Part shown: in pieces, positions 15,828-25,062 of the stretch
Position numbering within the stretch: position 1 is the first letter of the stretch
Layout: the number at the start of each line of letters is the position of its first letter
From: an uncultured Dehalococcoidales bacterium
GTDB lineage: Bacteria > Chloroflexota > Dehalococcoidia > Dehalococcoidales > Fen-1064
Assembly (NCBI GenBank): GCA_964493955.1
Contig: CAZBPZ010000001.1
Location: 1 to 57,752, forward strand
DNA: 57,752 nucleotides
Reading direction: 5' to 3'
Translations under genes and position numbers: made by a program
The notes under the pieces: generated by a model
The model's input: only the letters and a program-made list of their open reading frames with translations
Told to the model about the DNA's origin: nothing
The model's database searches: none

Positions 15828-16820
15828 ATGAGTCTTACCGTCACCGAGGAGACCTTCGCCTGGTACCGGGCACGGTGGCAGGCGGGCGAGGCCGGCCTGG
15901 AGTGGCGGCACCCGTTTCTGCTCCCGCCCTGGCTGCAGGTCTGGCGGCAGGCCTTTGCCCCCGAAGACCGTGCCAGTTTCCGGGCCGTCCGCGAGGGAGA
16001 GCGTGTCATCGGCATCGCTCCCCTGCTGCTGACGGGTAGTACCGCCTCAATCATCGGTAACCCGGATGTGTGTGACTATGCCGACTTCGTCGCTGTACCC
16101 GGCAAGGAGGAGCCTTTCTGCCGGGCCCTGTTGCAGGACCTGGTGCGGGGTGGCGTGGAGCGGCTGGAGCTGGCCACCGTCAGGTCGGACTCGGTGGTGA
16201 TGACCTGGCTCGTGCCGGTTGCCAGAGCAGAGGGCCTGGAGGTGCGGTGTGAGGCGGTGGACGTGACGCTGGAACGGGAGTTGCCGGCCACCTGGGACGA
16301 GTACCTGGGCCTGATGAGCACCAAGCAGCGCCACGAAGTGCGCCGCAAGCTGCGGCGGCTTGAGGAGGCGGGCACGGTTGAGTTCGGGTACCTGCAGGAT
16401 ACCGGGGAAGCCCTGGCTTTTATGGACGTATTCCGCCACCAGTTCATCAGCAGCCGGGAGGACAAGGCCGAGTTCATGTCACCGCTGATGGACAGCTTCT
16501 TCCGGGAGCTGGTGCGGGTACTTACCACCGAGCGGTTGCTGCGGCTGGGGGTGCTGCGCCTGGACAGGGTGCCGGTGGCCTGCCTGCTTGTTTTTGATTA
16601 CGGAGGAACGGTCTATCTTTACAACAGCGCCTATGACCGCGAGTACCGCTCCCTCAGCGTGGGGGTACTTTCAAAGGTGCTGTGTATCCAGGACAGCATC
16701 GAGCGCGGCCGGCGCCGCTTTGATTTCCTCAAGGGCAACGAGCGCTACAAGTACCACCTTGCCGGGCAGGAGGTGCCCCTCTACCACTGCCGCGTGCGGC
16801 TTGGCGGCCCCGCCGGCTAG
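15828..16820 (+). CDS. GNAT-fold acetyltransferase, CelD/BcsL-like
   Basis: C-terminal FDFLKGNERYKYHLAG motif of the CelD/BcsL-like family. Start taken at ATG 15828. Confidence 0.65.
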   Translation: MSLTVTEETFAWYRARWQAGEAGLEWRHPFLLPPWLQVWRQAFAPEDRASFRAVREGERVIGIAPLLLTGSTASIIGNPDVCDYADFVAVPGKEEPFCRALLQDLVRGGVERLELATVRSDSVVMTWLVPVARAEGLEVRCEAVDVTLERELPATWDEYLGLMSTKQRHEVRRKLRRLEEAGTVEFGYLQDTGEALAFMDVFRHQFISSREDKAEFMSPLMDSFFRELVRVLTTERLLRLGVLRLDRVPVACLLVFDYGGTVYLYNSAYDREYRSLSVGVLSKVLCIQDSIERGRRRFDFLKGNERYKYHLAGQEVPLYHCRVRLGGPAG

Positions 16821-17800
16821 CCAAGCCGCTTCTCGTACCAGATTCCGGTATCCTTCCGGCGGAACCCCAGCGAGCGGTAGAGGGCCAGCGCCGGGGCGTT
16901 GCGGGAGTCAACCGTGAGCCGCGCCATGGATAACCCCCGTGAGCTGATTTGCCCCAGTGCGGCCCGCAGCAGCTCCTGCCCGAGCCCCTGGCCGCGGTAG
17001 CCGGGGGCAACGCCGAGCATCCTGATGCGTCCCCAGGCTTCGCCTCGCCCGCTGCGCTGCACCTGGCACCAGCAGTAGCCGACCGGTTTACCGCCACAAA
17101 TGGCCAGCCGGATGTCCTGCTCGCGGCTGCGTATTGCGTACCGTATCTCTTCCAGGGTGTTGGGCTGGAAACCCCAGGCACCCTGGAAGGCACGGTTCTG
17201 GAGCCCGGTGAGGCTGGCTTCTTCCCCCGGCTGAAGGGGCCGGATCTCCACCCGGCCCGGTGGTGCGCCGGTGCTCTGTTCACGCCTCTCCTGCTCAATA
17301 ATTATCCACTCAGGCTGGCCTTCCACCCGGCCCGGCGGTGCGCCGGTGTTGCTATACAGGGCTGAGGCGGCCATCTCGTAGGTGCGCCGCACCTCGTTAA
17401 AGCCGCACCTCTCCAGGGCCTTCCGGGCGGTACGATGGCGGCGCTTCACGTGGACATGTATGGCCCGGCAGCCGGCGGCGCGGATGTACGCCTCGGCCCT
17501 GGCAAAGAGGGCGTGCGCTATCCCGCGGCGGCGGTACCGCGGCCGCACCAGGCACTCCACCACGGCACGCCCGATTTCAGGTTCGGCCGTGATGTCCAGG
17601 AACCCCACCACCCGGCCCTGCTCCTCGGCCACGAAGAGGCTTTCCTGTGGTGAGTAGCGCGGGCGCTGCAGGGCCGCCTTCAGGCCGGCGGCGGACAGGT
17701 GACTGCCGTCGGGTGATAGTCCGGCCGAGATATTCTTCAGCTCCAGTAGCGCCCTGAAATCGGCTTCCGAGTAGGTGCGTATTATCACGTCCCGGGCCAT
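16817..17800 (-). CDS. two-domain GNAT N-acetyltransferase (MshD-like architecture)
   Basis: Two GNAT cores (RRRGIAHALF...; GYRGQGLGQELL...) joined by a linker that carries an in-frame duplication. An alternative TTG start at 17827 is possible. Confidence 0.7.
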   Translation of the reverse strand: MARDVIIRTYSEADFRALLELKNISAGLSPDGSHLSAAGLKAALQRPRYSPQESLFVAEEQGRVVGFLDITAEPEIGRAVVECLVRPRYRRRGIAHALFARAEAYIRAAGCRAIHVHVKRRHRTARKALERCGFNEVRRTYEMAASALYSNTGAPPGRVEGQPEWIIIEQERREQSTGAPPGRVEIRPLQPGEEASLTGLQNRAFQGAWGFQPNTLEEIRYAIRSREQDIRLAICGGKPVGYCWCQVQRSGRGEAWGRIRMLGVAPGYRGQGLGQELLRAALGQISSRGLSMARLTVDSRNAPALALYRSLGFRRKDTGIWYEKRLG

Positions 17801-17818
17801 CCGGCCTGTCTTTTCCGT

Positions 17819-17848
17819 TTGTCTCAATGCAGCAGTGTGCCTTATAAT
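17819..17848 (+). promoter_or_regulatory. promoter for PIG-L gene (TTGTCT-N18-TATAAT)
   Basis: TATAAT at 17843-17848. Confidence 0.4.
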
Positions 17849-17868
17849 ACCACGGAGTCCGCTGTCTG

Positions 17869-18585
17869 ATGCCAGGGAGGCCCATGGATACCAAGCCCGC
17901 TTACGCCGTTGTCTTCACGCCGCACCCGGATGATGCCGAGTTCGGGGTGGCGGGAACGGTTGCCCGCTGGGTCAGGGAAGGTAAAGACGTAGTCTACGTG
18001 GTCTGCACCAACGGTGACAAGGGCACCAGCGACCCCGATATGGACCCGGCCAGGCTGGCCCGTATCCGGGAACAGGAGCAGCTTGAGGCGGCCGGCATAC
18101 TGGGGGTCCGGGAGGTGGTCTTCCTCCGCTACCCCGATGCCGCCGTCGAGGACACCCCTCCCTTCCGGAAGGACCTGGTGCGGGCTATCAGGAAGTTCCG
18201 CCCCGAGGTGGTGGTAACGGCTGACCCGTACCGCAAGTACCTCTGGCACCGTGACCACCGCATCGTGGGGCGGGCCGTGCTCGACGCCGTCTTTCCCTAC
18301 GCACGCGACTTCCACGTGTTCCCCGAGCTTTATCACGAAGAGGGCCTGGAACCCCATAAGGTGCAGCGGGTGCTGCTATGGGGCTCGCCGGAGACAAACT
18401 GCCGGCTGGATATCACCCCTACCTGGGAGTTGAAGATGGCAGCCCTGGCCTGCCACCGCAGCCAGATTCCACCGGAGCGTTTCCCCCAGATGGAAGCCAG
18501 GATGCGGGAGCGTTACCGCCTGCTGGCAGCCGGCGAGGAGTTTGAACTGGCCGAGGCTTTCCACCGCGAGGAGCTCTGGCGCTGA
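17869..18585 (+). CDS. PIG-L family deacetylase (LmbE/MshB/BshB-like)
   Basis: AVVFTPHPDDAEFGVAGT... plus HRDH motif. An alternative ATG at 17884 follows GGGAGG. Confidence 0.85.
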   Translation: MPGRPMDTKPAYAVVFTPHPDDAEFGVAGTVARWVREGKDVVYVVCTNGDKGTSDPDMDPARLARIREQEQLEAAGILGVREVVFLRYPDAAVEDTPPFRKDLVRAIRKFRPEVVVTADPYRKYLWHRDHRIVGRAVLDAVFPYARDFHVFPELYHEEGLEPHKVQRVLLWGSPETNCRLDITPTWELKMAALACHRSQIPPERFPQMEARMRERYRLLAAGEEFELAEAFHREELWR

Positions 18586-18595
18586 CCACCCCCGG

Positions 18596-19234
18596 CTAGG
18601 ACTGTAACCAGAGGACGTCGCCGCATAGCCCCGGGTCGTGCGGGCGTGACTTGAAGTGCTCTATCTCAGCCCTTTCCTTCTTCAGTACGGTGGGCTCCCC
18701 GTGCCCGGGGAAGACCCGTGTCTCGTCCGGCAGTGGCAGCAGCCGGGTGGTGATTGACTCTATTATCCGGGCAAGTGCTGCCGGCGAGCTGGTCCGGCCG
18801 GGGCCACCGGGGAAAAGGGTGTCGCCCGAGATGAGAAAGCCTTCGGTGTAGAAGCAGAGGCTGCCGGGGGTGTGGCCGGGGGTGTGAAACACCTGCAGGC
18901 TGACCCGGCCGAACGTGACGGTATCACCGTCGGCCAGGAGAATGTCCGGCTCAATCGGTAACCTGTCGGCCGGATGGGCTGCCACCGGTACACCCAGCCG
19001 CGCTTTCAGCTCAGCCAGCGCCCCCAGGTGGTCGAAGTGATTGTGGGTGATGAGGATATAGCGCGGGGTGGTGCCGCCAAGCTGGGCCGCAATCCGGCCG
19101 GCGTCTCCGGGTGCATCTACCACCACGCTCTCACCCGTCGGCCGGCACACGAGCATGTAGGCGTTGGAGACCATGCCCCCGCCGACATCAAGCCGTACAA
19201 TCCTGATGCGGCTGTCTTCAGCTACCAGCGGCAT
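18596..19234 (-). CDS. MBL-fold metallo-hydrolase (glyoxalase II / hydroxyacylglutathione hydrolase-like)
   Basis: ITHNHFDHLG (HxHxDH) and HTPGHTPGS motifs. An extended -10 TGgTATAAT (reverse complement of 19276-19284) lies upstream, so ATG 19234 is preferred over the ORF-track start at 19276. Confidence 0.85.
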   Translation of the reverse strand: MPLVAEDSRIRIVRLDVGGGMVSNAYMLVCRPTGESVVVDAPGDAGRIAAQLGGTTPRYILITHNHFDHLGALAELKARLGVPVAAHPADRLPIEPDILLADGDTVTFGRVSLQVFHTPGHTPGSLCFYTEGFLISGDTLFPGGPGRTSSPAALARIIESITTRLLPLPDETRVFPGHGEPTVLKKERAEIEHFKSRPHDPGLCGDVLWLQS

Positions 19235-19389
19235 ACCGCCGTCCTTAAAGATGCCCCCGGTGGTGACCGGTTGCAATTATACCATGCCACCGCCAGGAGC
19301 GTTTTACCCGGCCGGCGAGGGTTGGACTGGCAGGTCAGGCAGGGTATAGAATAGGGCAGCAGGGTTCCCGGAGAAGCAGGCGGTGCAGC

Positions 19390-20295
19390 ATGGTACTTCC
19401 AGGCGGCATGGTAATCAGTGCGCGGCCCCGGTTGCGGCAGCCCTGCCTGTTGTGTGGCATCAGTGGCTGGGTTGACGGCGGTGAGGCCGCCACCGGCACG
19501 GTCGAGTACCTCATAGAGAAGCTGGGGGCCAGGGACCTGGCGGAGATACCCATTGACCGGTTCCACATCTTCCAGGTGCCGGGCCAGGTATCAATGCGCC
19601 CCTACATCCGCATTGAAGACGGTCTCATCAAGGACCATGAAGTGCCGGAGAACCGTTTCTTCTACTGGCGCAACCGGCGCGCCGCCCGCGACCTTATCCT
19701 CTTCAAGGGCAGCGAACCCAACATGAACTGGCCGGAGTTCATTGACGCCATACTGCACATCGTCCGCAGCTTCAGTGTCTCCGTCATCTACCTCCTCGGC
19801 GGCGTCCTCGACCGGGTACCGCACACCCGCGAGCCGAACGTGTCCTGCTCCTGCAGCCTGCCGGCTCTCAAGAGGGAGATGCGGGCTTACGGCGTGAGCT
19901 TCGGTAGCTACGAGGGGCCGGGCCGCTTCGGCTCCAGTCTGCTCTACCGCTGCAGCCAGGACGGGATACCAATGGTGAGCCTGACCGCCCGGGCCACCTA
20001 CTACCCCGAGCACAACATCTTCATTCAGCGTAACCCCAAGGTGATACGGGCGCTGCTGCGCCGCCTCAATACCATGCTCCAGCTCCAGCAGGACCTGTCT
20101 GACCTTGATGGCGAGGTGCGGAGATTTGAGGGCCGTCTGAACCGCATGGTGGCGCGCGACCAGGAGTTCGTGGACTACCTGGCCAGGCTGGAGGCCGACT
20201 ACGTGGAGCTACCCTACCACGAGCCGCTGGAGCTGTCCGGGGACGAGGCGGTCCGGATTGCCGAGGAGTTGCTCCGGGCTGACCGCGAGGAGTAG
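19390..20295 (+). CDS. PAC2 (proteasome assembly chaperone 2-like) family protein
   Basis: [26 protein letters not shown]... and the overall length match the bacterial PAC2/DUF75 family. Confidence 0.6.
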   Translation: MVLPGGMVISARPRLRQPCLLCGISGWVDGGEAATGTVEYLIEKLGARDLAEIPIDRFHIFQVPGQVSMRPYIRIEDGLIKDHEVPENRFFYWRNRRAARDLILFKGSEPNMNWPEFIDAILHIVRSFSVSVIYLLGGVLDRVPHTREPNVSCSCSLPALKREMRAYGVSFGSYEGPGRFGSSLLYRCSQDGIPMVSLTARATYYPEHNIFIQRNPKVIRALLRRLNTMLQLQQDLSDLDGEVRRFEGRLNRMVARDQEFVDYLARLEADYVELPYHEPLELSGDEAVRIAEELLRADREE

Positions 20296-20299
20296 GGCG

Positions 20300-21367
20300 G
20301 TGCCGAAGGACAACGGCTCCCTGCCGCCGGTGGCAGAGGTCATAGACCTGCGTAGCGATACCGTTACCCTGCCGACCGACGAGATGCGCCGGGCGATGGC
20401 CGAGGCGGCCGTGGGGGACGACGTTTACGGTGAGGACCCGACCGTAAATGCGCTGGAAGCCCGGGCGGCTGCCCTGATGGGCACAGAAGCAGCCCTCTTC
20501 ACCGCCAGCGGGACCATGAGTAACCTGCTGGCCGTCCTGACCCACACCCGCCCCGGCGACGAGGTAATACTGGGTGCCGGCTCGCACATCTTCCTGAACG
20601 AGGTGGGTGGGGCGGCCGCTCTGGGTGGAGTGATGGTGCACACCGTGCCGGACGGGCCGGATGGTGCCATGGCCCTGGAGGACATCAAGGCTGCCATCCG
20701 CCCCGAGAACATCCACTTCCCCCGTACTACCCTGCTCTGCCTGGAGAACACCCATAACCGCTGCGGGGGTGTGGTGCTCTCGCCGCAATACACCGCCGCG
20801 GCAGTGGAGCTGGCCCACCGGTACGGGCTGGCCGTGCATATTGATGGGGCGCGCGTCTTTAATGCCGCCGTGGCGCTCGGAGTACCCGCCCGTGAGCTCG
20901 TGAAAGGGGCCGATTCAGTCAGCTTCTGCCTCTCCAAGGGCCTCAGTGCCCCGGTGGGCTCCTTGCTCTGCGGCTCAGGGGACTTTGTCCGGCGCGCCCG
21001 CCGGTGGCGCAAGATGGTGGGGGGTGGCATGCGGCAGGCCGGTATCATCGCCGCCGCTGGCATCGTGGCACTGGACACCATGCTCGAGCGGCTGACCGAT
21101 GACCACGAAAACGCCCGCCGCCTTGCCGAAGGCCTGGCCGGGGTACCCGGTATCGTCGTCAGGGGCAGCCCACCCACGAACATCGTCCTCTTTGAGTCTG
21201 AGCTGCCCGTGCCGGGGGCTGGCTTGCGGCAGGCAATGGAAGCCCGCGGCGTCAGGGTTGGCTTCCTCGGGGGCCGTGATTTCCGCGCTGTGACGCACCG
21301 CATGATTTCGGCGGCCGATGTTGACCTGGCGGTGCGCCGTATTGCCGCCGCGGTGGTTGCACCGTGA
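20300..21367 (+). CDS. ltaE: low-specificity L-threonine aldolase
   Basis: [39 protein letters not shown]...SGTMSNL...SFCLSKGL (PLP Lys). GTG 20300 lies 8 nt after GAGGAG. Confidence 0.85.
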   Translation: MPKDNGSLPPVAEVIDLRSDTVTLPTDEMRRAMAEAAVGDDVYGEDPTVNALEARAAALMGTEAALFTASGTMSNLLAVLTHTRPGDEVILGAGSHIFLNEVGGAAALGGVMVHTVPDGPDGAMALEDIKAAIRPENIHFPRTTLLCLENTHNRCGGVVLSPQYTAAAVELAHRYGLAVHIDGARVFNAAVALGVPARELVKGADSVSFCLSKGLSAPVGSLLCGSGDFVRRARRWRKMVGGGMRQAGIIAAAGIVALDTMLERLTDDHENARRLAEGLAGVPGIVVRGSPPTNIVLFESELPVPGAGLRQAMEARGVRVGFLGGRDFRAVTHRMISAADVDLAVRRIAAAVVAP

Positions 21368-21457
21368 CAGCCAGAACCCCGGCGTTCATCTACGTTGCGT
21401 CGTCCCAGGCGGATACCGTCGTGTGGTTGCGCCGTGACAGCCAGAACCCCCGGCGTT
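21352..21457 (+). repeat. ~36-bp direct repeat (two copies, period ~69 bp) spanning the ltaE stop codon
   Basis: Copy 1 at 21352-21387 is GGTGGTTGCACCGTGACAGCCAGAACCCCGGCGTTC. Copy 2 at 21421-21457 is GTGTGGTTGCGCCGTGACAGCCAGAACCCCCGGCGTTC. Confidence 0.8.
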
Positions 21458-21469
21458 CTGTATGGTGTA

Positions 21470-21498
21470 TTGACAGCCGGGGCAACGAAGTCCAGAAT
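21470..21498 (+). promoter_or_regulatory. promoter for alpha/beta hydrolase gene (TTGACA-N17-CAGAAT)
   Basis: Hexamers at 21470-21475 and 21493-21498. Confidence 0.4.
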
Positions 21499-21627
21499 AG
21501 ACACCGGGCTTACTGCCGGCCCACGAGGGCTTCAGCACTGGCATAGGTGGGCCGGCGGTTGTTAGTAGACCTGATGCACTACATTGTCCGGCAGAGAGCC
21601 TGCCGGAGGCACAGAGCAGGACCGGTC

Positions 21628-22470
21628 ATGCGGTTTCGCCGTCGCTTTGTGGAGGTGGACGGCGTCCGCACTGCCTTTGTTCAGGCGGGTAGTGGCCCAC
21701 CCCTGCTGTTGCTTCATGGTCTGGGGGAGTTCATCGAGGCGTGGTGCCTCAATATCACCCCTCTGGCGGCGGACTTCGCCGTCTGGGTGCCTGACCTGCC
21801 CGGCCACGGACGTTCGTCCTGGGATGACCGCGAGTACACGCCGGAATATTGCCGCCATTTTGTACGGGGCTTCATGGATGCCGCCGGCATTAAGCGGGCT
21901 GGCATCATCGGCCGCTCTTTGGGTGGTGCCATCGCCCTGGATTTCGCCCGGCACGAGCCAGGACGGGTTGCCTCTCTGGTGCTCGTCAGCAGTGGCGGTT
22001 ACAGTGACCGTATTCCCCTCTCCTACCGCCTGGCAATGCTACCGGTACTCGGAGAGCTGATGCTGGGGCCGTCAGTCCTGGCCACCGATAGTGTAGTGAG
22101 GGTTTTCATGCGCCGGCATTTTCACGTGGTCGACCGGCTGCCGCCGGGCTACATCCACCTGATGGCCCGCTACGGCCGCAAGCCCGATAGAAACGCCTTC
22201 ATCCGCCATGTCATCCGGAGTAACGCGCAGCTCTGGAGCAGCCGTCCCCGGAGGGAGATCAGTACCAGCCTGGCAGATGTACAGGTGCCGGTGCTGCTGG
22301 TACACGGCCGTCATGACCACGTCGTGCCACTTGACCAGGCGTTATCTGCTAGCCGTCAGACGCAGCGCGCCAAGATGGTACTCTTCCCGGACTGCGGGCA
22401 CAACCCGCAGTTAGAGCAGCCGGAGATGTTCAACCGCGTGGTCCGGGACTTCTTGCTGGAGCACGTTTAG
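21628..22470 (+). CDS. alpha/beta-fold hydrolase
   Basis: LLLLHGLGE..., nucleophile elbow GRSLGG, C-terminal HGRHD...CGH. Start taken at ATG 21628. Confidence 0.8.
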   Translation: MRFRRRFVEVDGVRTAFVQAGSGPPLLLLHGLGEFIEAWCLNITPLAADFAVWVPDLPGHGRSSWDDREYTPEYCRHFVRGFMDAAGIKRAGIIGRSLGGAIALDFARHEPGRVASLVLVSSGGYSDRIPLSYRLAMLPVLGELMLGPSVLATDSVVRVFMRRHFHVVDRLPPGYIHLMARYGRKPDRNAFIRHVIRSNAQLWSSRPRREISTSLADVQVPVLLVHGRHDHVVPLDQALSASRQTQRAKMVLFPDCGHNPQLEQPEMFNRVVRDFLLEHV

Positions 22471-22476
22471 CCGCGC

Positions 22477-22551
22477 TGGAGCGGGTGATGGGATTCGAAC
22501 CCACGACTTGCTGCTTGGGAAGCAGCCACTCTGCCACTGAGTTACACCCGC
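22477..22551 (-). tRNA. tRNA-Gly (anticodon CCC), CCA encoded
   Basis: The reverse complement folds as a cloverleaf: acceptor GCGGGTG/CACCCGC, D stem ACTC/GAGT, anticodon stem GCTGC/GCAGC with loop TTCCCAA, T arm GTGGG-TTCGAAT-CCCAT, discriminator T, then CCA. Confidence 0.9.
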
Positions 22552-22567
22552 TCGCCAGGGTATTTAG

Positions 22568-22596
22568 ATTCTACGGGACGGCGTTACCAAAATCAA
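22568..22596 (-). promoter_or_regulatory. tRNA-Gly promoter (TTGATT-N17-TAGAAT)
   Basis: Reverse complement of 22591-22596 and of 22568-22573. The -10 ends about 16 nt before the mature tRNA 5' end. Confidence 0.5.
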
Positions 22597-22673
22597 GCTT
22601 CCCGGGACGGCCGGTGCCGCCCTAAGCAGGCGGCGCCTACTCCGGCGGGCAGCGGACAACGAAGGAGCGCCAG

Positions 22674-23162
22674 ATGAAGCTACCGGGGGCCGCCAGGCTG
22701 CAATGCCGCATCGTGAGAGATGACACCGAGCTGGCAGCGGCGTTGGCCGTGCGCCGCCGTGTTTTCGTTGAGGAGCAGGCCATTGACGAGCGCCTCGAGT
22801 ACGACGGCCTTGATGGTGAAGCGCTGCACGTTATCGCCGTTCGCGGCGGCGAGGTGGTGGGCACGGCCCGCCTCAGATTCCCGGCCAGCGGGGTTGCCAG
22901 GGTAGAGCGGATGGCTGTTCTTAAACCCTGCCGCCGCCAGGGAGTGGGCCGGGCACTGCTTGAGTTCCTGCACCGCCAGGCCAGGCAGCGTGGGGCTGTC
23001 AGGGCGGTACTGCATGCCCAGTGCGCTGCCAGCGGTTTCTACCGGGCCTGCGGCTATACCGAGCGCGGCCCGGTCTTTGAGGAGGCCGGGATACCGCACG
23101 TTGAAATGTACCGCCGGCTCCAGGGGGACCGGGCATTGCGCCGCCGGTGCCCCCGGGGGTAG
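22674..23162 (+). CDS. GNAT family N-acetyltransferase
   Basis: RRQGVGRALLEF...GFYRACGY core. GAAGGAG SD upstream. Confidence 0.8.
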   Translation: MKLPGAARLQCRIVRDDTELAAALAVRRRVFVEEQAIDERLEYDGLDGEALHVIAVRGGEVVGTARLRFPASGVARVERMAVLKPCRRQGVGRALLEFLHRQARQRGAVRAVLHAQCAASGFYRACGYTERGPVFEEAGIPHVEMYRRLQGDRALRRRCPRG

Positions 23163-23201
23163 GATGGGACACGGGCAATCATCAGGCACCTGGAGAAAGA
23201 C

Positions 23202-23855
23202 ATGCTGGCAGCATCTCACCCGGTACTGGTAGTCCCGGAGCTGACCATCTTTGACGCTTCGGCCGGCAGGGACGTCCGTCTCACGGATGTTGGCATTGAT
23301 GCTGATTATGTCCGTGACGAACAGGGCCGCGTGCGCTACTTCAGCCTGGACGAGGCCGAAGCCTACCTCCACGGTGCGGGCAAGTCGTTACCGTCGCTGC
23401 CGCTGCTGCTGAACATCTACCTGGCACTGGCCGACATGGCGTCCGGAGACGAAATAGCCGCCCACCTGCTGGAGCAGCTGGACTCTGCCTGGGACCGCTG
23501 CGGGACGACCATCGACCCGGCGGAAGGGTGCGTCATTCACGCTGACTCGGTAACGGGAGAACGTGTCCACACCGGGCTCAGCATCCCCCTGGAAGGCGAC
23601 GCCCTGGAGGAGCTGTTCCCGCGTTATCCTGGCTTCTTCCAGGCCCTGCTCGGCGTCCGGGATGTTGACCGCCTGCTGGAAACGGCTGCCCGGCGTGATA
23701 AGGTACCCTTTTACTGGTACCCCCGCGGCCCGCGGCGTGTTATGTTCGGCGGGGGCAATTTCTACTACATGCACACCGACATCCCGGGGTTGCTGATGGT
23801 CTTCTGTGACGACGAGCCGCACCCCCGCCGTACCCTGCGCGGCGTCTGGTGCTGA
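23202..23855 (+). CDS. hypothetical protein
   Basis: 217-aa ORF with GGAGAAAG SD. Coding-like composition. No family recognised. Confidence 0.55.
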   Translation: MLAASHPVLVVPELTIFDASAGRDVRLTDVGIDADYVRDEQGRVRYFSLDEAEAYLHGAGKSLPSLPLLLNIYLALADMASGDEIAAHLLEQLDSAWDRCGTTIDPAEGCVIHADSVTGERVHTGLSIPLEGDALEELFPRYPGFFQALLGVRDVDRLLETAARRDKVPFYWYPRGPRRVMFGGGNFYYMHTDIPGLLMVFCDDEPHPRRTLRGVWC

Positions 23856-23864
23856 TGGTGCCGG

Positions 23865-24389
23865 TCAGGTGCGCCGGCTATACTGACAGCCGCAGTAGCT
23901 CTGCCGGTAGAGCCCCCACTCTTTCGCCAGGGTGATGGCACGCTGAAAACCGGCTTTTTTCTTGAAGTCACGTGCCAGAAAGCGGTCGCCGCCAATCTCG
24001 CTGCCTATCCTGTTGATGACGGCGGCCGGTTTGCGCGGCCCGGTGGTCAGGGTGGTGGTAAAGGCTTCAGCCCCGCTTTCCTGCATGTAGCGGTACGTCT
24101 CCTGAAGCCGCAGCCGGAAGCACGCTTCGCAGCGCCGGCCGCCTTCCGGCTCCTGGGCCAGCCCCTCGGTGGCTGCCTGCCACGGTGCCGGGTCATACGG
24201 CGGTACTTCCAGCGGGAACCCCAGCTCGGCTGCCACCCGCCGTGCCACCGCGAGCCGGCGCCAGTACTCCTCCTCCGGGTAGATATTCGGATTAAAGAAG
24301 AAGCCCAGCACCTCGTGGCCCTCGGACAAAAGCCGTTCGGCCGCCCCGGCGGCGCAGACGCCACAGCAGATGTGAAGTGCCACCCTCAT
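23865..24389 (-). CDS. queH: epoxyqueuosine reductase QueH (DUF208)
   Basis: LHICCGVC...FFFNPNIYP...RCEACFRLRL...YCGCQYS conserved Cys pattern. Confidence 0.85.
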   Translation of the reverse strand: MRVALHICCGVCAAGAAERLLSEGHEVLGFFFNPNIYPEEEYWRRLAVARRVAAELGFPLEVPPYDPAPWQAATEGLAQEPEGGRRCEACFRLRLQETYRYMQESGAEAFTTTLTTGPRKPAAVINRIGSEIGGDRFLARDFKKKAGFQRAITLAKEWGLYRQSYCGCQYSRRT

Positions 24390-24393
24390 GGTC

Positions 24394-25059
24394 CTAGAGA
24401 GCCCTCAGCCCCGCTGCAACCTGGCTGAAATCACAGAACGGGGTACAGGCCACGTTGTTGTCACGGCAGAGCCGCAGCAGTGTGCCGGTAGCAAAGATAA
24501 CATCAGCCTGGCGGGCAGCCTCCAGGTCGGAGGTGCCGTTGCCCACGTAGATGACACGGTTACCCTCCGCCTGGAAGTAATGCACGTAGCCCAGTTTCAC
24601 GGCATCATCGGCCGTCCTGCCGTTCGGCCGCCTGTACCGCACCTGCAGGCCATCAGGGAGAAAGCGTGTCTCCGCCGCGTGGACATCCACGTCATTCGCG
24701 CCCGCTCCGGCCAGGATATGCCGGATGTAGAAGTCCAGCCCGTTGCTGACTATCTCCAGCCTGAACCCCTTCGCCCGGCAGGTCTCCACGAACTCCGGGA
24801 ACCCGCTCCTGACCACCACCCTGCCCTGCAGGTAGTCCAGCATGGTCTGGCGGTCGGCCCGGACGGTAGCGAAGACAAGGGAGTTGAACTGCCCCACGGT
24901 AATCTCGCCGGCTTCGTAGCGCCGCAGCCAGCGGCGCCAGCCGGGGTCACCGAAGGCGTCCAGCAGCATGAAGCTGACATCTTCGGTGGTAATGGTGCCA
25001 TCAAAATCGCACTGGACAACGGTGTTTCCGGGGGGGACGCTACCCTGCCGGGGCGTCAT
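24394..25059 (-). CDS. HAD-IB family phosphatase (MtnX-like)
   Basis: VQCDFDGTITTEDVS (DxDGT motif I) and GNGTSD (motif III/IV). Confidence 0.65.
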   Translation of the reverse strand: MTPRQGSVPPGNTVVQCDFDGTITTEDVSFMLLDAFGDPGWRRWLRRYEAGEITVGQFNSLVFATVRADRQTMLDYLQGRVVVRSGFPEFVETCRAKGFRLEIVSNGLDFYIRHILAGAGANDVDVHAAETRFLPDGLQVRYRRPNGRTADDAVKLGYVHYFQAEGNRVIYVGNGTSDLEAARQADVIFATGTLLRLCRDNNVACTPFCDFSQVAAGLRAL

Positions 25060-25062
25060 GCT

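Noticed and set aside
21364-21546. 60-aa plus-strand ORF in the ltaE-hydrolase spacer
   Set aside because: It is created by the direct repeat and promoter region. It has no SD and no recognisable fold.
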